Below are positions 18,254 to 27,328 of a stretch of 64,000 bases of DNA, in pieces. The notes beneath the pieces were generated by a model. That model saw only the letters and a list, made by a program, of their open reading frames with translations, searched no databases and had not been told where the DNA came from. Position 1 is the first letter of the stretch, and every line of letters begins with the position of its first letter. Both the position numbers and the translations under genes were made by a program. The stretch is from Flaviflexus sp. (lineage in GTDB: Bacteria; Actinomycetota; Actinomycetes; Actinomycetales; Actinomycetaceae): positions 2,660 through 66,659 of the forward strand of contig NZ_JASDVN010000047.1 in the NCBI RefSeq assembly GCF_041440645.1. The letters are read 5' to 3'.

Positions 18254-19329
18254 TACAGTCCTTTCACGAGTCGCGAAACTTGGCGACGATCTATCTTACC
18301 GGAGTCCTTGAGCGGAAAAGATGTGAGCCCCAACCGACGCAAGGTGCGGATCTCCTTTGGTGCGTACTCCGCCCCGAGGCGGGCCTTGGCAGAGCTACGC
18401 AAGAGCTCCAGATCGAGATCGTGCTCTGCCACGAGAATGAGCCTCTCACCCCACTCGGGATCGGGAACGCTGGTGGCGATCGTGGTCTGCTTGAACAGTT
18501 CTGCGACCAGGTCCTCGAGTAGTGCCGGCATGATGGTCATGCCGCCCGTGGTGATGGCATCGTCGATCCTGCCCAGGACCGTGAGCTTGTCCGTGAACGT
18601 CCCAGCGTCGCTCGTTTCGAACCGTCCCGCGAAGTTCTCGCCACCCACGTAACCAAGTGCGACGACGGGGGATTCGATGACGATCCGACCATTCTCGATG
18701 GACGCGTTGGTGTTGCCGATGGGGGTGCCGTTGTAGACGCAACCACCGCAAGTCTCGGTCATTCCGTACGTGGTGACCAGGTTGAGTCCCGCCTCCTGCC
18801 CAGCATCAAGCAGCGCCTGGGGAGTGGCCTGGCCACCGACGAGGATCGCCGCCACGGAACGCAGTTGGTCTGTCACGGCCTCGTTCTTGAGCGCGCGGGT
18901 GAGCTGGGTGGGAACGAGCGACAGATACACTCTCTCATCCGGCAAGACGGCACCTACGGAATAGGGGAGGGGATCCAGGCCGGCCGCGACTGATCTCAAC
19001 ACGGTCTGCAGTCCGGCCACGTGATGGACGGGCAGGGAGGTCAGCCAGCGACCCGGCCCGCCCAGAAACTCGTTCGTGGCATCGCCTGAGGCGAGGATCG
19101 ACTCCCAGGGAAGCTCAACGAGCTTGCCCGTGCCCGTGGTGGAACCCGAGGTACGGAGCAGGAACGCAGTTCCGGGCCGCGGCGTCACATCCTCGACACG
19201 GGTGGCACCCGGCTCAACGAGAAAGATCGGTTCCGGCTCCTGCCCGTCAAGGTGGAGCAGGTAGGACTGCCGTGCCGCCTCCGCGAGGCGGTGAATGTTT
19301 GCCGGATCCGTTCCGCTGGGAACGATCAT
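18253..19329 (-). CDS. menE: o-succinylbenzoate-CoA ligase
   Basis: Short adenylate-forming enzyme (TSGSTTGTGK P-loop, YGMTET, GRIDD). Flanked by menB and menA with overlapping stops and starts. Confidence 0.85.
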   Translation of the reverse strand: MIVPSGTDPANIHRLAEAARQSYLLHLDGQEPEPIFLVEPGATRVEDVTPRPGTAFLLRTSGSTTGTGKLVELPWESILASGDATNEFLGGPGRWLTSLPVHHVAGLQTVLRSVAAGLDPLPYSVGAVLPDERVYLSLVPTQLTRALKNEAVTDQLRSVAAILVGGQATPQALLDAGQEAGLNLVTTYGMTETCGGCVYNGTPIGNTNASIENGRIVIESPVVALGYVGGENFAGRFETSDAGTFTDKLTVLGRIDDAITTGGMTIMPALLEDLVAELFKQTTIATSVPDPEWGERLILVAEHDLDLELLRSSAKARLGAEYAPKEIRTLRRLGLTSFPLKDSGKIDRRQVSRLVKGL

Positions 19330-20306
19330 GCGTAGTACGGGAAGTCAGACCAGTCCGGGGCGCGCTTCTCAAGGAACGAGTCCCTGCCCTCAGCTGCCTC
19401 GTCGGTCATGTAAGCCAATCGGGTTGCCTCGCCAGCAAACACCTGCTGGCCGGCGATGCCATCGTCGGCCAGGTTGAAGGCAAACTTCAGCATGCGGATG
19501 GCCTGAGGCGACTTCGAGAGCACGATCTGTGCGTACTCCCAGGCCTTCTCCTCGAGCTCTGCGTGGGGCACGGCCTCGTTGACAACGCCCCACTGGGCGG
19601 CATCCTCAGCCGAGTACTCGCGAGCAAGGAGGAAGATCTCGCGGGCCCTCTTGTCGCCCACCTGGCGAGCGAGGAGAGCGGAACCGTAGCCAGCATCGAA
19701 CGAACCCACGTTGGCATCGGTCTGCTTGAACTTGCCGTGCTCGATCGAGGCAATTGACAGGTCGCAGACAACGTTGAGGGAGTGGCCGCCACCGGCAGCC
19801 CAGCCCGACACGGCCGCAATGACGACCTTCGGCATCGTGCGAATGAGGCGCTGCACCTCAAGAATGTGGAGGCGGCCAGCCTTCTCGGGGTGGATCGTGT
19901 CGCGGGTAAGGGCGTGTTCCTCGGTGGTTTCGCCACCGTCGTACCGGTAGCCGTCGTTGCCGCGGATGCGTTGATCGCCACCCGAGCAGAACGCCCATCC
20001 ACCATCCTTCTCCGACGGGCCGTTGCCCGTGAGGATCACAGCACCCACGTTGGAGGTGAGGCGAGCGTGATCAAGGGCGCGATACAGCTCATCAACGGTC
20101 TCGGGTCGGAATGCGTTGCGCACCTCTGGACGGTCGAAGGCTATGCGAACGATGGGGAGGTCCTTCTCGCTCACGATCTCATCACCGTCAAACTCGCGCT
20201 CCACTGCACGGTGGTAGGTGATGTCGGTGAACTCGAAGCCCTCAACGACTCGCCACCGGGTGGGATCAAAGGTTTGCGACACGGATGTGGGAAGAGAAAG
20301 CGTCAT
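19326..20306 (-). CDS. menB: 1,4-dihydroxy-2-naphthoyl-CoA synthase
   Basis: Crotonase fold (FCSGGDQ, VSGWAAGGGH) and the typical MenB C-terminus (REGRDSFLEKRAPDWSDFPYYA). Confidence 0.95.
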   Translation of the reverse strand: MTLSLPTSVSQTFDPTRWRVVEGFEFTDITYHRAVEREFDGDEIVSEKDLPIVRIAFDRPEVRNAFRPETVDELYRALDHARLTSNVGAVILTGNGPSEKDGGWAFCSGGDQRIRGNDGYRYDGGETTEEHALTRDTIHPEKAGRLHILEVQRLIRTMPKVVIAAVSGWAAGGGHSLNVVCDLSIASIEHGKFKQTDANVGSFDAGYGSALLARQVGDKRAREIFLLAREYSAEDAAQWGVVNEAVPHAELEEKAWEYAQIVLSKSPQAIRMLKFAFNLADDGIAGQQVFAGEATRLAYMTDEAAEGRDSFLEKRAPDWSDFPYYA

Positions 20307-20339
20307 GGCGCTATTGTGCCACTTCGCTAGGCTTAAGCC

Positions 20340-21329
20340 ATGACGGCATCTTCCTTCCCTCTCCCGTACCGCGTCTACTCGACTCCCATGACCACTCGTT
20401 TCCGCAGGATTGACGAACGAGACGGCGTGCTTATCGAAGGACCCGCAGGGTGGGCGGAGGTCTCTCCCTTCTGGGACTATGACATCCCGGAATCCTCAAA
20501 CTGGTTGGCAGCCGCTCTCGAAGCCGCCTGCATCGGATATCCCGAACCGGTACGCGAGTCCATTCCCGTCAACGTCACGGTTCCCGCCATAACCCCCGAG
20601 AAGGCACAGGGCATCATCAACCGCAGGGGTGGATGCAATACAGCCAAGATCAAGGTCGCAGAAAAGGGGCAGTCCCTCTCCGACGATGTCGACCGCATCA
20701 GGGCAGTGCGTGAGATCTTTGACGGCAAGATCCGCATCGACGCCAACGGCGGCTGGGATGAGGAAACCGCAATCCACAACCTCCCCATCCTGGATCGTGC
20801 CGCGGGCGGGCTCGAATACGCTGAACAGCCCGTCCCAACGGTCGAAGGTCTCGCGCGCGTGCGAATGGCGATCAACGTTCCGATTGCGGCAGACGAATCG
20901 ATCAGGCGAGCAGAAGACCCCTACGAAGTGGCACGCCAGGACGCTGCGGACCTCATCATTGCCAAGGTCCAGCCCCTCGGTGGCGTCAACGCTTACCTCA
21001 ACCTTGCACGGGAGTTGAACATGCCGGTCGTGGTGTCCTCCGCACTCGAATCCTCCGTCGGCATCGCCGCGGGGGTTGCACTCGCGGCCAGCCTGCCCAC
21101 CCTCGACCATGCGTGCGGCCTCGCCACCGTTCAGCTCTTTGAACGGGACGTGACGACCTCGAGCCTGCTCCCGACGGACGGGAGCCTGCCCGTTCGGCCC
21201 GTCACTGCCGACGATGTGGCTCCCGTGTCCGATGAGGTTGCGGCCCGCTGGGGTGAGAGACTAGACCGCATGTGGCAATTCCTTAGGGAAAATCGTGATC
21301 TGTCGGCACTGACCGGGGGAGTTCTGTGA
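20340..21329 (+). CDS. menC: o-succinylbenzoate synthase
   Basis: Enolase-superfamily barrel with metal ligands (IRIDANGGW, EQP, ADES) and the KVQP motif. Confidence 0.85.
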   Translation: MTASSFPLPYRVYSTPMTTRFRRIDERDGVLIEGPAGWAEVSPFWDYDIPESSNWLAAALEAACIGYPEPVRESIPVNVTVPAITPEKAQGIINRRGGCNTAKIKVAEKGQSLSDDVDRIRAVREIFDGKIRIDANGGWDEETAIHNLPILDRAAGGLEYAEQPVPTVEGLARVRMAINVPIAADESIRRAEDPYEVARQDAADLIIAKVQPLGGVNAYLNLARELNMPVVVSSALESSVGIAAGVALAASLPTLDHACGLATVQLFERDVTTSSLLPTDGSLPVRPVTADDVAPVSDEVAARWGERLDRMWQFLRENRDLSALTGGVL

Positions 21330-23050
21330 GCTCACAGGCGGGAGCCGAAGCGGCACTATCGCGCCTGCTCGGACTCGGCATAACCCACTTCGTGCTCTGC
21401 CCGGGATCCCGTTCCGCACCTTTTGCGTACGCACTGCGGGAATTGGAGATGCGAGGCATCATCACTCTGCACGTGGAAACAGATGAGCGGGTCGCTGGTT
21501 TCGTGGCCCTCGGACTCGGTAAGGCATCCGGCATCCCAGCCCCTGTCATCACCACCTCGGGTTCGGCTGTTGCCAACCTGCACCCAGCCACGGTCGAGGC
21601 CTTCCATTCGGGTGTTCCGTTCATTGCTCTGACCGCGGACCGTCCTGAGTGGATGCGGGGGAGCGGAGCCAATCAGACAACCAATCAGGTCGGCATGCTT
21701 GGACCAAACCTTGTCAATCAGATCGATGTCTCGGCCGAAGACGTGGTCGAAGATCCGGAACTCATTGATCGAGCCCTGCAGGACGTGTGGCGCGGTCCCG
21801 TCCACCTGAACGCGTCCTTTGAAAACCCCCTCCACCCAACAGAGCCATCCTTCCCGGTCACGCCAGAGGTCGGTTCTTTCCCCGCACCAACCGGACCAGC
21901 TGATGATCTGGTTGCCGGTCTGATCGGGTTCAAGGATGTCAGTGTCCCGGTGCCCGAGGGTGACAGCGAGCCGGTGCTTGAGGCTGGCAGTGATCTGGTG
22001 TCCGAAGTCGAGAGCGGTTTGACGCCCAGCGCGCTGGATAACGCGAGAACGGTCATCGTCGCCGGCCCCGGAACTCCCTACTCCGAGGTTCTGAGGAGGA
22101 CAGGGCACGGGCAGGTTCCCGTTCTTGCCGAACCCGCAAGTATCGAGCGGAACTATGCCGAGGCCATTCCCGCGGCTCGTATCGTTGCTGACTGCGTGAA
22201 CGACGAGATCGAGCGTGTCGTCATCACGGGTCATCCCACCCTGTCCCGCCCCATCACATCCCTCGTGTGCCGCACCGACATCGACATCATCTCGGTCACG
22301 ACCGAGCCGGTTCCGACCGATCCCGGTCGCATTGCTCGCACGGCACCGGTGATGCCTGACGTGCCGGACCAGACCGCGTGGTTGAAGCGGCTCTCTGCGG
22401 CCGGTCAGCGCGCCTACGAAGCCGGACGGAGTTACCTGGGCGATGAGCTGGACGCATTGCAGGTGGCGGCTCAGGTCGCTGATGCTGAAGGTAACTGGTT
22501 CGTTGGCGCCTCCAATGTCATCCGCGACATTGACTTGCTTGCCGGGAGTCCAAAGGCAACCTTCCATGCGAACAGGGGCCTTGCTGGCATCGATGGCACC
22601 ATGTCGACCGCGCGGGGCATGGCCCACCACCTGGGCCCCATGAAGGTCGTGGTTGGCGACCTCACCTTCATCCACGATCTGGGTGGGCTCATTCTCACGA
22701 GAGGTCAGGACGAACCGGCACTCGACATCGTGATCATCGACGATTCCGGTGGCGGCATCTTCGCCACCCTCGAGCATGGTGATCCGCGCTTCTCCGACAC
22801 CTTCGACCGGGTGTTCCGTACCGCGAAGAACCTCGATATACCAACTCTTGCAAGAGCATGTGGGTGGGAACCGGTTGTCGTGACATCGACCGGCGAGCTG
22901 AGGGAGATTCTGGCAGCAAAGCCGGCGGGCCGAGTGATTGTCGTGAACTGCGCCCAGGAAATTCACCATGTTCGCCAGCGCCGCCGTGAACTGACGTCGA
23001 TCATGATCGAAGCCGCACGTCAGGAACTTGCCGGGCATACTCCGGCCTGA
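21326..23050 (+). CDS. menD: 2-succinyl-5-enolpyruvyl-6-hydroxy-3-cyclohexene-1-carboxylate (SEPHCHC) synthase
   Basis: ThDP enzyme, 574 aa (CPGSRSAP, TTSGSAVANL, GIDG, DDSGGGIF). GTG start overlaps the menC stop. Confidence 0.9.
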   Translation: MSSQAGAEAALSRLLGLGITHFVLCPGSRSAPFAYALRELEMRGIITLHVETDERVAGFVALGLGKASGIPAPVITTSGSAVANLHPATVEAFHSGVPFIALTADRPEWMRGSGANQTTNQVGMLGPNLVNQIDVSAEDVVEDPELIDRALQDVWRGPVHLNASFENPLHPTEPSFPVTPEVGSFPAPTGPADDLVAGLIGFKDVSVPVPEGDSEPVLEAGSDLVSEVESGLTPSALDNARTVIVAGPGTPYSEVLRRTGHGQVPVLAEPASIERNYAEAIPAARIVADCVNDEIERVVITGHPTLSRPITSLVCRTDIDIISVTTEPVPTDPGRIARTAPVMPDVPDQTAWLKRLSAAGQRAYEAGRSYLGDELDALQVAAQVADAEGNWFVGASNVIRDIDLLAGSPKATFHANRGLAGIDGTMSTARGMAHHLGPMKVVVGDLTFIHDLGGLILTRGQDEPALDIVIIDDSGGGIFATLEHGDPRFSDTFDRVFRTAKNLDIPTLARACGWEPVVVTSTGELREILAAKPAGRVIVVNCAQEIHHVRQRRRELTSIMIEAARQELAGHTPA

Positions 23051-23159
23051 GTGTGCGTTGCAGGAAGAAGAGTAGGGTTCCAGCATCCGCTCAGAATCCA
23101 TGAAGACATTTAGCAGAACGACTCGGTTTACTAATGTCGAACCAGAGAAGTGAACCCGC

Positions 23160-24920
23160 ATGGTTTCACGACAAGAGAAGGGACCGAGAGCGGTGAACGA
23201 GAACGACTATTCCCGATGGAGTGCCAAGGGCAACCTGGGCGACGGCGAGGCGAACGCACTGGACGCCAACCAGACGGGCGAGCTCCACGCGCACAACACT
23301 GGTTTCGAGGCAGGTGCCACGGGCACCCCCGATACCAACCCGACCGATCGTTACCCCTACGGTCAGCCCTCTGATGGCACCGGCTCAAGCAACTCGACCA
23401 ATCCGATAAGCGACACTCGCAGGTTCAGCCCCTCGGCGAATGCGCAGGCCAACAACGCCTCCGGAGTGGGCAAGTCGAGCGATGGCTCCTCCAACGCGTA
23501 CCCCGCCTACCCGGGCGGATACCAGGGAGTATCGCCGCAGCGCATCTACTCTTCTCAGCCCTCGCAGCCTGGTGGCTCCCCGGAGGCGGGTTCGGCCCCG
23601 CAGGCAGGCAATCCGCCGCTCGGTGGTTCTGCTCCTCATGCCGGTACTTCTCCTCATGCCGGTACTTCTCCTCAGGCCGGTTCTGCACCGATGGCGGGAT
23701 CTGCTCCCGCGGCTGGCGCTCCCTCCTACGGTGGTCCTCGTGCTGGTGCCAGCTTCGGCCCCCATGCGGGCCAGGGGCCCGAGGGTCCGCGAAACTACGG
23801 CGGCCCCTACCACGCCCCGACGCAGCCGACGAAGAGGAAGCGGGGAGTGGCCGGCATGGCCGCAATCGCCCTCGTGGCTGGTCTCGTCGGTGGTGCGGGT
23901 GGTGCCGGACTGGTCTACGGCCTCACCGAACCCCACACCGATGCCGCGGTCTCGAGCGAAACCACTACGGAGATCCGTACCGTGGCTTCCGACGAGGGAG
24001 TGAACTGGGCTCAGATCGCTCAGGAAGTCCAACCCTCCGTCGTTGCGATTGATGTGCGGAGCCAGGGCTCCTCGTCTACGGGTTCCGGTGTCATCATCGA
24101 CACTGACGGACACATCGTGACGAATCATCACGTGATTGCTGGCGCACAACAGATCCAGGTCACCCTCTCGGATGGTCAGATCATCAATGCCAGCATCGTT
24201 GGTTCCGACTCCTCGACCGACCTCGCAGTCATCCAGCTCGATGAGGTTCCCGAGGGACTGACTCCGGCTACACTGGGCACCTCCGATGACCTCGTCGTGG
24301 GCGAACCCGTTGTCGCCATCGGTAACCCGCTTGGCCTGTCCTCGACCGTCACCACGGGCATCATCTCCGCTCTCGATCGTCCCGTTGTCACGGAAGGCGA
24401 CACCTCTTCCGCTGTTGTCACCAACGCAATCCAGATCGACGCTGCGATCAACCCTGGTAACTCCGGCGGCCCGCTCTTTAACGCCAGCGGCGAGGTCATT
24501 GGCATCAACTCTTCGATCGCCTCACTCTCGTCCTCCGATGGCGGTTCGACCGGCTCGATTGGTCTTGGCTTCGCCATCCCGATCGACCTCGTCACCCGCG
24601 TGGTTGATGATCTGATGGATGATGGAACCGTTGATCACGCCTTCATCGGTGTCACGACCACCTCCGAAGCCGTCGCAACTGACACCGGCACCCGAGTTGG
24701 AACCACCGTCGTTGAGGTCTCTCCCGGTTCTCCGGCAGAGGAGTACGGACTCGAATCCGGCGACACCATCCTTTCGATCAATGGTGATCAGCTCGCATCG
24801 AACACTGCTCTGACCGGGTACGTCCGTCAGTACTCGCCGGGTGAAACCGTTGTCCTCGAGGTTTACCGCGAAGGAACCGTTCGCCAGGTCGAGCTCGTGC
24901 TTGGCAAGCGCGAGGAGTAA
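23160..24920 (+). CDS. HtrA/DegP-family trypsin-like serine protease with a C-terminal PDZ domain
   Basis: Catalytic triad context (HIVTNHHV, DLAVI, GNSGGPLF). Pro/Gly/Ser-rich N-terminus, one TM helix (MAAIALVAGLVGGAGGAGLVYGL) and a PDZ domain (GDTILSINGDQL). Confidence 0.9.
   Translation: MVSRQEKGPRAVNENDYSRWSAKGNLGDGEANALDANQTGELHAHNTGFEAGATGTPDTNPTDRYPYGQPSDGTGSSNSTNPISDTRRFSPSANAQANNASGVGKSSDGSSNAYPAYPGGYQGVSPQRIYSSQPSQPGGSPEAGSAPQAGNPPLGGSAPHAGTSPHAGTSPQAGSAPMAGSAPAAGAPSYGGPRAGASFGPHAGQGPEGPRNYGGPYHAPTQPTKRKRGVAGMAAIALVAGLVGGAGGAGLVYGLTEPHTDAAVSSETTTEIRTVASDEGVNWAQIAQEVQPSVVAIDVRSQGSSSTGSGVIIDTDGHIVTNHHVIAGAQQIQVTLSDGQIINASIVGSDSSTDLAVIQLDEVPEGLTPATLGTSDDLVVGEPVVAIGNPLGLSSTVTTGIISALDRPVVTEGDTSSAVVTNAIQIDAAINPGNSGGPLFNASGEVIGINSSIASLSSSDGGSTGSIGLGFAIPIDLVTRVVDDLMDDGTVDHAFIGVTTTSEAVATDTGTRVGTTVVEVSPGSPAEEYGLESGDTILSINGDQLASNTALTGYVRQYSPGETVVLEVYREGTVRQVELVLGKREE
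23634..23687 (+). repeat. In-frame 18-bp tandem repeat (2 perfect copies plus 1 diverged) inside the protease N-terminus
   Basis: CCTCATGCCGGTACTTCT occurs twice, then CCTCAGGCCGGTTCTGCA. Encodes (GTSPHA)2 then GTSPQAGSAP. Confidence 0.9.
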
Positions 24921-24986
24921 AACGCAGTCGAGTCCTCGCCATTCTGCTCGGCCAGGTAGCATCCGCTCGAGCGACACGTGAGAAAA

Positions 24987-25026
24987 GGAGGGGCCCGAGG
25001 CACCGAACGGCGGCTCGGGCCCCTCC
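24987..25026. terminator. Strong hairpin between convergent genes, with the T-tract on the minus strand
   Basis: GGAGGGGCCCGAG/CTCGGGCCCCTCC: 13-bp perfect stem, 14-nt loop. Preceded on the plus strand by AGAAAA, which reads TTTTCT after the stem on the minus strand. Confidence 0.65.
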
Positions 25027-25033
25027 CACATCT

Positions 25034-25097
25034 CTTCAGGTCCCTTTTCTTCGGGTCCTCATCGCTTCAGGTCCTTTTTCTTCGGGTCCTTACCTCG
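25034..25097. repeat. Tandem duplication of a 31-33 bp unit
   Basis: CTTCAGGTCCCTTTTCTTCGGGTCCTCATCG followed by CTTCAGGTCCTTTTTCTTCGGGTCCTTACCTCG. Confidence 0.85.
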
Positions 25098-25246
25098 CTC
25101 ACGTCATGTCATTCAGACGTGAGGTGGGGCGGACGTGGGAATCTCCTAAGCTGGGCTCGCGGGTAGAAGCTGCTTCCAGAACCAGGAACATCGTCGTTAC
25201 TCAGGGCTCTACTCAGGGCCCTACTGGAACGCCCTTCTGAGAAGCC

Positions 25247-26506
25247 TTACTCGAAGGCCTTGAGGATGGCGGAGAACTTTGCCTCGGTCTCGGACAGCTC
25301 CTGTGCTGGGACGGAGCGGTCCATGATTCCGCCGCCTGCAAACGCTCGCGCCCGGTTGGGATCTGTGGGGCTGAGCTGAGCGCAGCGAAGTGCGAGCGCC
25401 CAGTCACTGTTGCCTGCGGAGTCCATCCAGCCCACGGGGGCGGCGTAGCGTCCTCGGTCGAGTCCCTCGATGCGATCGATGATCTCGAGAGCTGCGTCCG
25501 TTGGCGTGCCACCGACCGCTGCGGTGGGGTGTATGGCTCCCGCTGCTGTCAGTCCCGTCCATCCCGGAGCGAGGTCCGCCTCGAAGTCCGTCGAGAGGTG
25601 GACGACGTTGGGCAGGTGCAGGATCGTGGGGCCGTTGGTGCGGACCGGCCCGGAAGCTTGAAGATCGAGGGCGTGGAGCACGGAATCGGAAGCGTACCTG
25701 TGCTCTGCAATGTCCTTTGCTGAGGTGCGGAGCGCGTGCTCGGCAGCGTCCTGACCCTGAGTCGTGGGCCAGGAGCCGGCCAGGACCCTGGTCGAGAGGT
25801 GTCCGGCGCGTACTGAGGCAAGCATCTCCGGTGTTGCCCCGATCATCCCGTCAATGCAGTAGGTCCAGCAGGTGGGGAAGGCGTGGGCGAGCTTGGCGAT
25901 GAGGAGCCTCTCGTCCATCGGGTACTCGGTGCGAATGTCCAGGTCGCGAGCTAGAACGACCTTTTTCGCCTCCCCGCGGGAGAGGAGTTCGACGGTTTCT
26001 TCGACCGCTGAGGTGAACCCATCCTCGTCCAATTCACCCGCCGACAGGTGCACGTGGCCAACATCACTAATTGCTTCGATGGTCTCCGCTGTGGTAGTAG
26101 CGGATTCTTCCGTGGAAATAACTGTTTCCCATGCTCCGCGCTCGTCCCATCCGAGGATCCTCTCGGGAACGATGATGGTGGAGGAGTCACGAGATTCGTT
26201 CGCGAAGGAGAACGTGCCAAAGGCGGTGAGGCCGGTGCCGGGTCGGGTAACGGAATCGGAGATCTGAGCCAGTTTCACGAGCTCGTCGAACCACTGTTGT
26301 GCCTGCGTAAAGCGGTCGGGTCCAGCAAAGGTGGCTCGCGTGGCCTCGCCCCATCCGATAAGTCCGGAATGTTCGCTCACCCACATGAGGTTGTTTCGCG
26401 GGTGGGGGATATCCCCTGGAGCTGGCTTGGATGCGGCCAGCCCAGTGGTAACAAAAAGTGGCGTTAGGTCGGACACAAGCAAAAAGCATACTTGGTATGG
26501 GGTCAT
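25247..26506 (-). CDS. menF: Isochorismate synthase (menaquinone-specific)
   Basis: Chorismate-binding enzyme signatures ([24 protein letters not shown]). Start uncertain (ATG 26506, TTG 26482 or GTG 26476). Confidence 0.85.
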   Translation of the reverse strand: MTPYQVCFLLVSDLTPLFVTTGLAASKPAPGDIPHPRNNLMWVSEHSGLIGWGEATRATFAGPDRFTQAQQWFDELVKLAQISDSVTRPGTGLTAFGTFSFANESRDSSTIIVPERILGWDERGAWETVISTEESATTTAETIEAISDVGHVHLSAGELDEDGFTSAVEETVELLSRGEAKKVVLARDLDIRTEYPMDERLLIAKLAHAFPTCWTYCIDGMIGATPEMLASVRAGHLSTRVLAGSWPTTQGQDAAEHALRTSAKDIAEHRYASDSVLHALDLQASGPVRTNGPTILHLPNVVHLSTDFEADLAPGWTGLTAAGAIHPTAAVGGTPTDAALEIIDRIEGLDRGRYAAPVGWMDSAGNSDWALALRCAQLSPTDPNRARAFAGGGIMDRSVPAQELSETEAKFSAILKAFE

Positions 26507-26515
26507 AATGGAGCT

Positions 26516-27211
26516 ATGAGTCGAGCCACCCTAAAGAAAGACCCGCGCGAAGTCGCGGGAATGTTTGATGACGTTGCGAAGCGCTACGATATCACCAACA
26601 CCGTGTTGAGCCTGGGCCAGGTCTACATTTGGCGTGCCGCTGTGCGGGATGCCCTGAACATCACCCCGGGCATGAAGGTGTTGGACATCGCTGCCGGCAC
26701 CGGCACCTCCTCGCAGGTGTACGCGGAGGCGGGAGCCGATGTCGTTGCTCTCGACTTTTCAATCGGCATGGTGCAGGTGGGCAAGGAACGCCAGCCCGAC
26801 ATGGACTTCATCGCCGGCGATGCGACCGCGCTACCCTTTGCCGACAACACGTTTGATGCCGTGACGATCTCCTACGGACTGCGGAACGTGAACGATCCGG
26901 ATCTTGCCCTTCGCGAGATGCTGCGCGTGGTCCGTCCCGGCGGCACCCTTGTCGTGAACGAGTTCTCCACTCCCACGTGGAAGCCGTTCAGGGCCCTCTA
27001 CAACTTCTACCTGGGCACCGCTCTGCCGTTCATGTCCTCCCTCGTGTCATCGGACTCCGAGGCGTACGACTACCTGGCTGAGTCGATTGTCGCGTGGCCA
27101 AACCAGAAGGACTTCGCGAAGCGCGTCCAGGGTGCGGGATGGCGGGGCGTCCAGTATCGCAATTTGAGCGGCGGCATCGTCGCCCTCCATCGGGCAACGA
27201 AGCCAGAGTGA
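26516..27211 (+). CDS. menG: Demethylmenaquinone methyltransferase
   Basis: UbiE/MenG family ([20 protein letters not shown] motif [20 protein letters not shown]). ATG 26516 is preceded by GGAG. Confidence 0.9.
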   Translation: MSRATLKKDPREVAGMFDDVAKRYDITNTVLSLGQVYIWRAAVRDALNITPGMKVLDIAAGTGTSSQVYAEAGADVVALDFSIGMVQVGKERQPDMDFIAGDATALPFADNTFDAVTISYGLRNVNDPDLALREMLRVVRPGGTLVVNEFSTPTWKPFRALYNFYLGTALPFMSSLVSSDSEAYDYLAESIVAWPNQKDFAKRVQGAGWRGVQYRNLSGGIVALHRATKPE

Positions 27212-27215
27212 ACAG

Positions 27216-27255
27216 ACCAAAGGGGAACGGTAATTTAGCAACGTTCCCCTTTGGT
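27216..27255. terminator. Strong hairpin after menG (no U-tail)
   Basis: ACCAAAGGGGAACG/CGTTCCCCTTTGGT: 14-bp perfect stem, 12-nt loop, no T-run on either strand. Confidence 0.5.
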
Positions 27256-27328
27256 AAATGACCACACTTGCGAATGGATTGTTTGAACAAATCCGCTGAT
27301 AGGATAACGCGGTAGCGAAAGGACAACT

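Noticed and set aside
21356-23161. 601-aa ORF antisense to menD. Similar long antisense or out-of-frame ORFs include 11890-13452, 30336-31574, 33897-35270, 36281-37531, 39418-40965, 41603-43123, 43048-44136, 45777-48101, 51258-52412 and 60925-62817.
   Set aside because: They lie opposite genes with unmistakable conserved products. Their translations are Arg/Gly/His/Asp-rich low-complexity strings with no motifs. Long stop-free antisense frames are expected in GC-rich DNA with GC-rich third positions.
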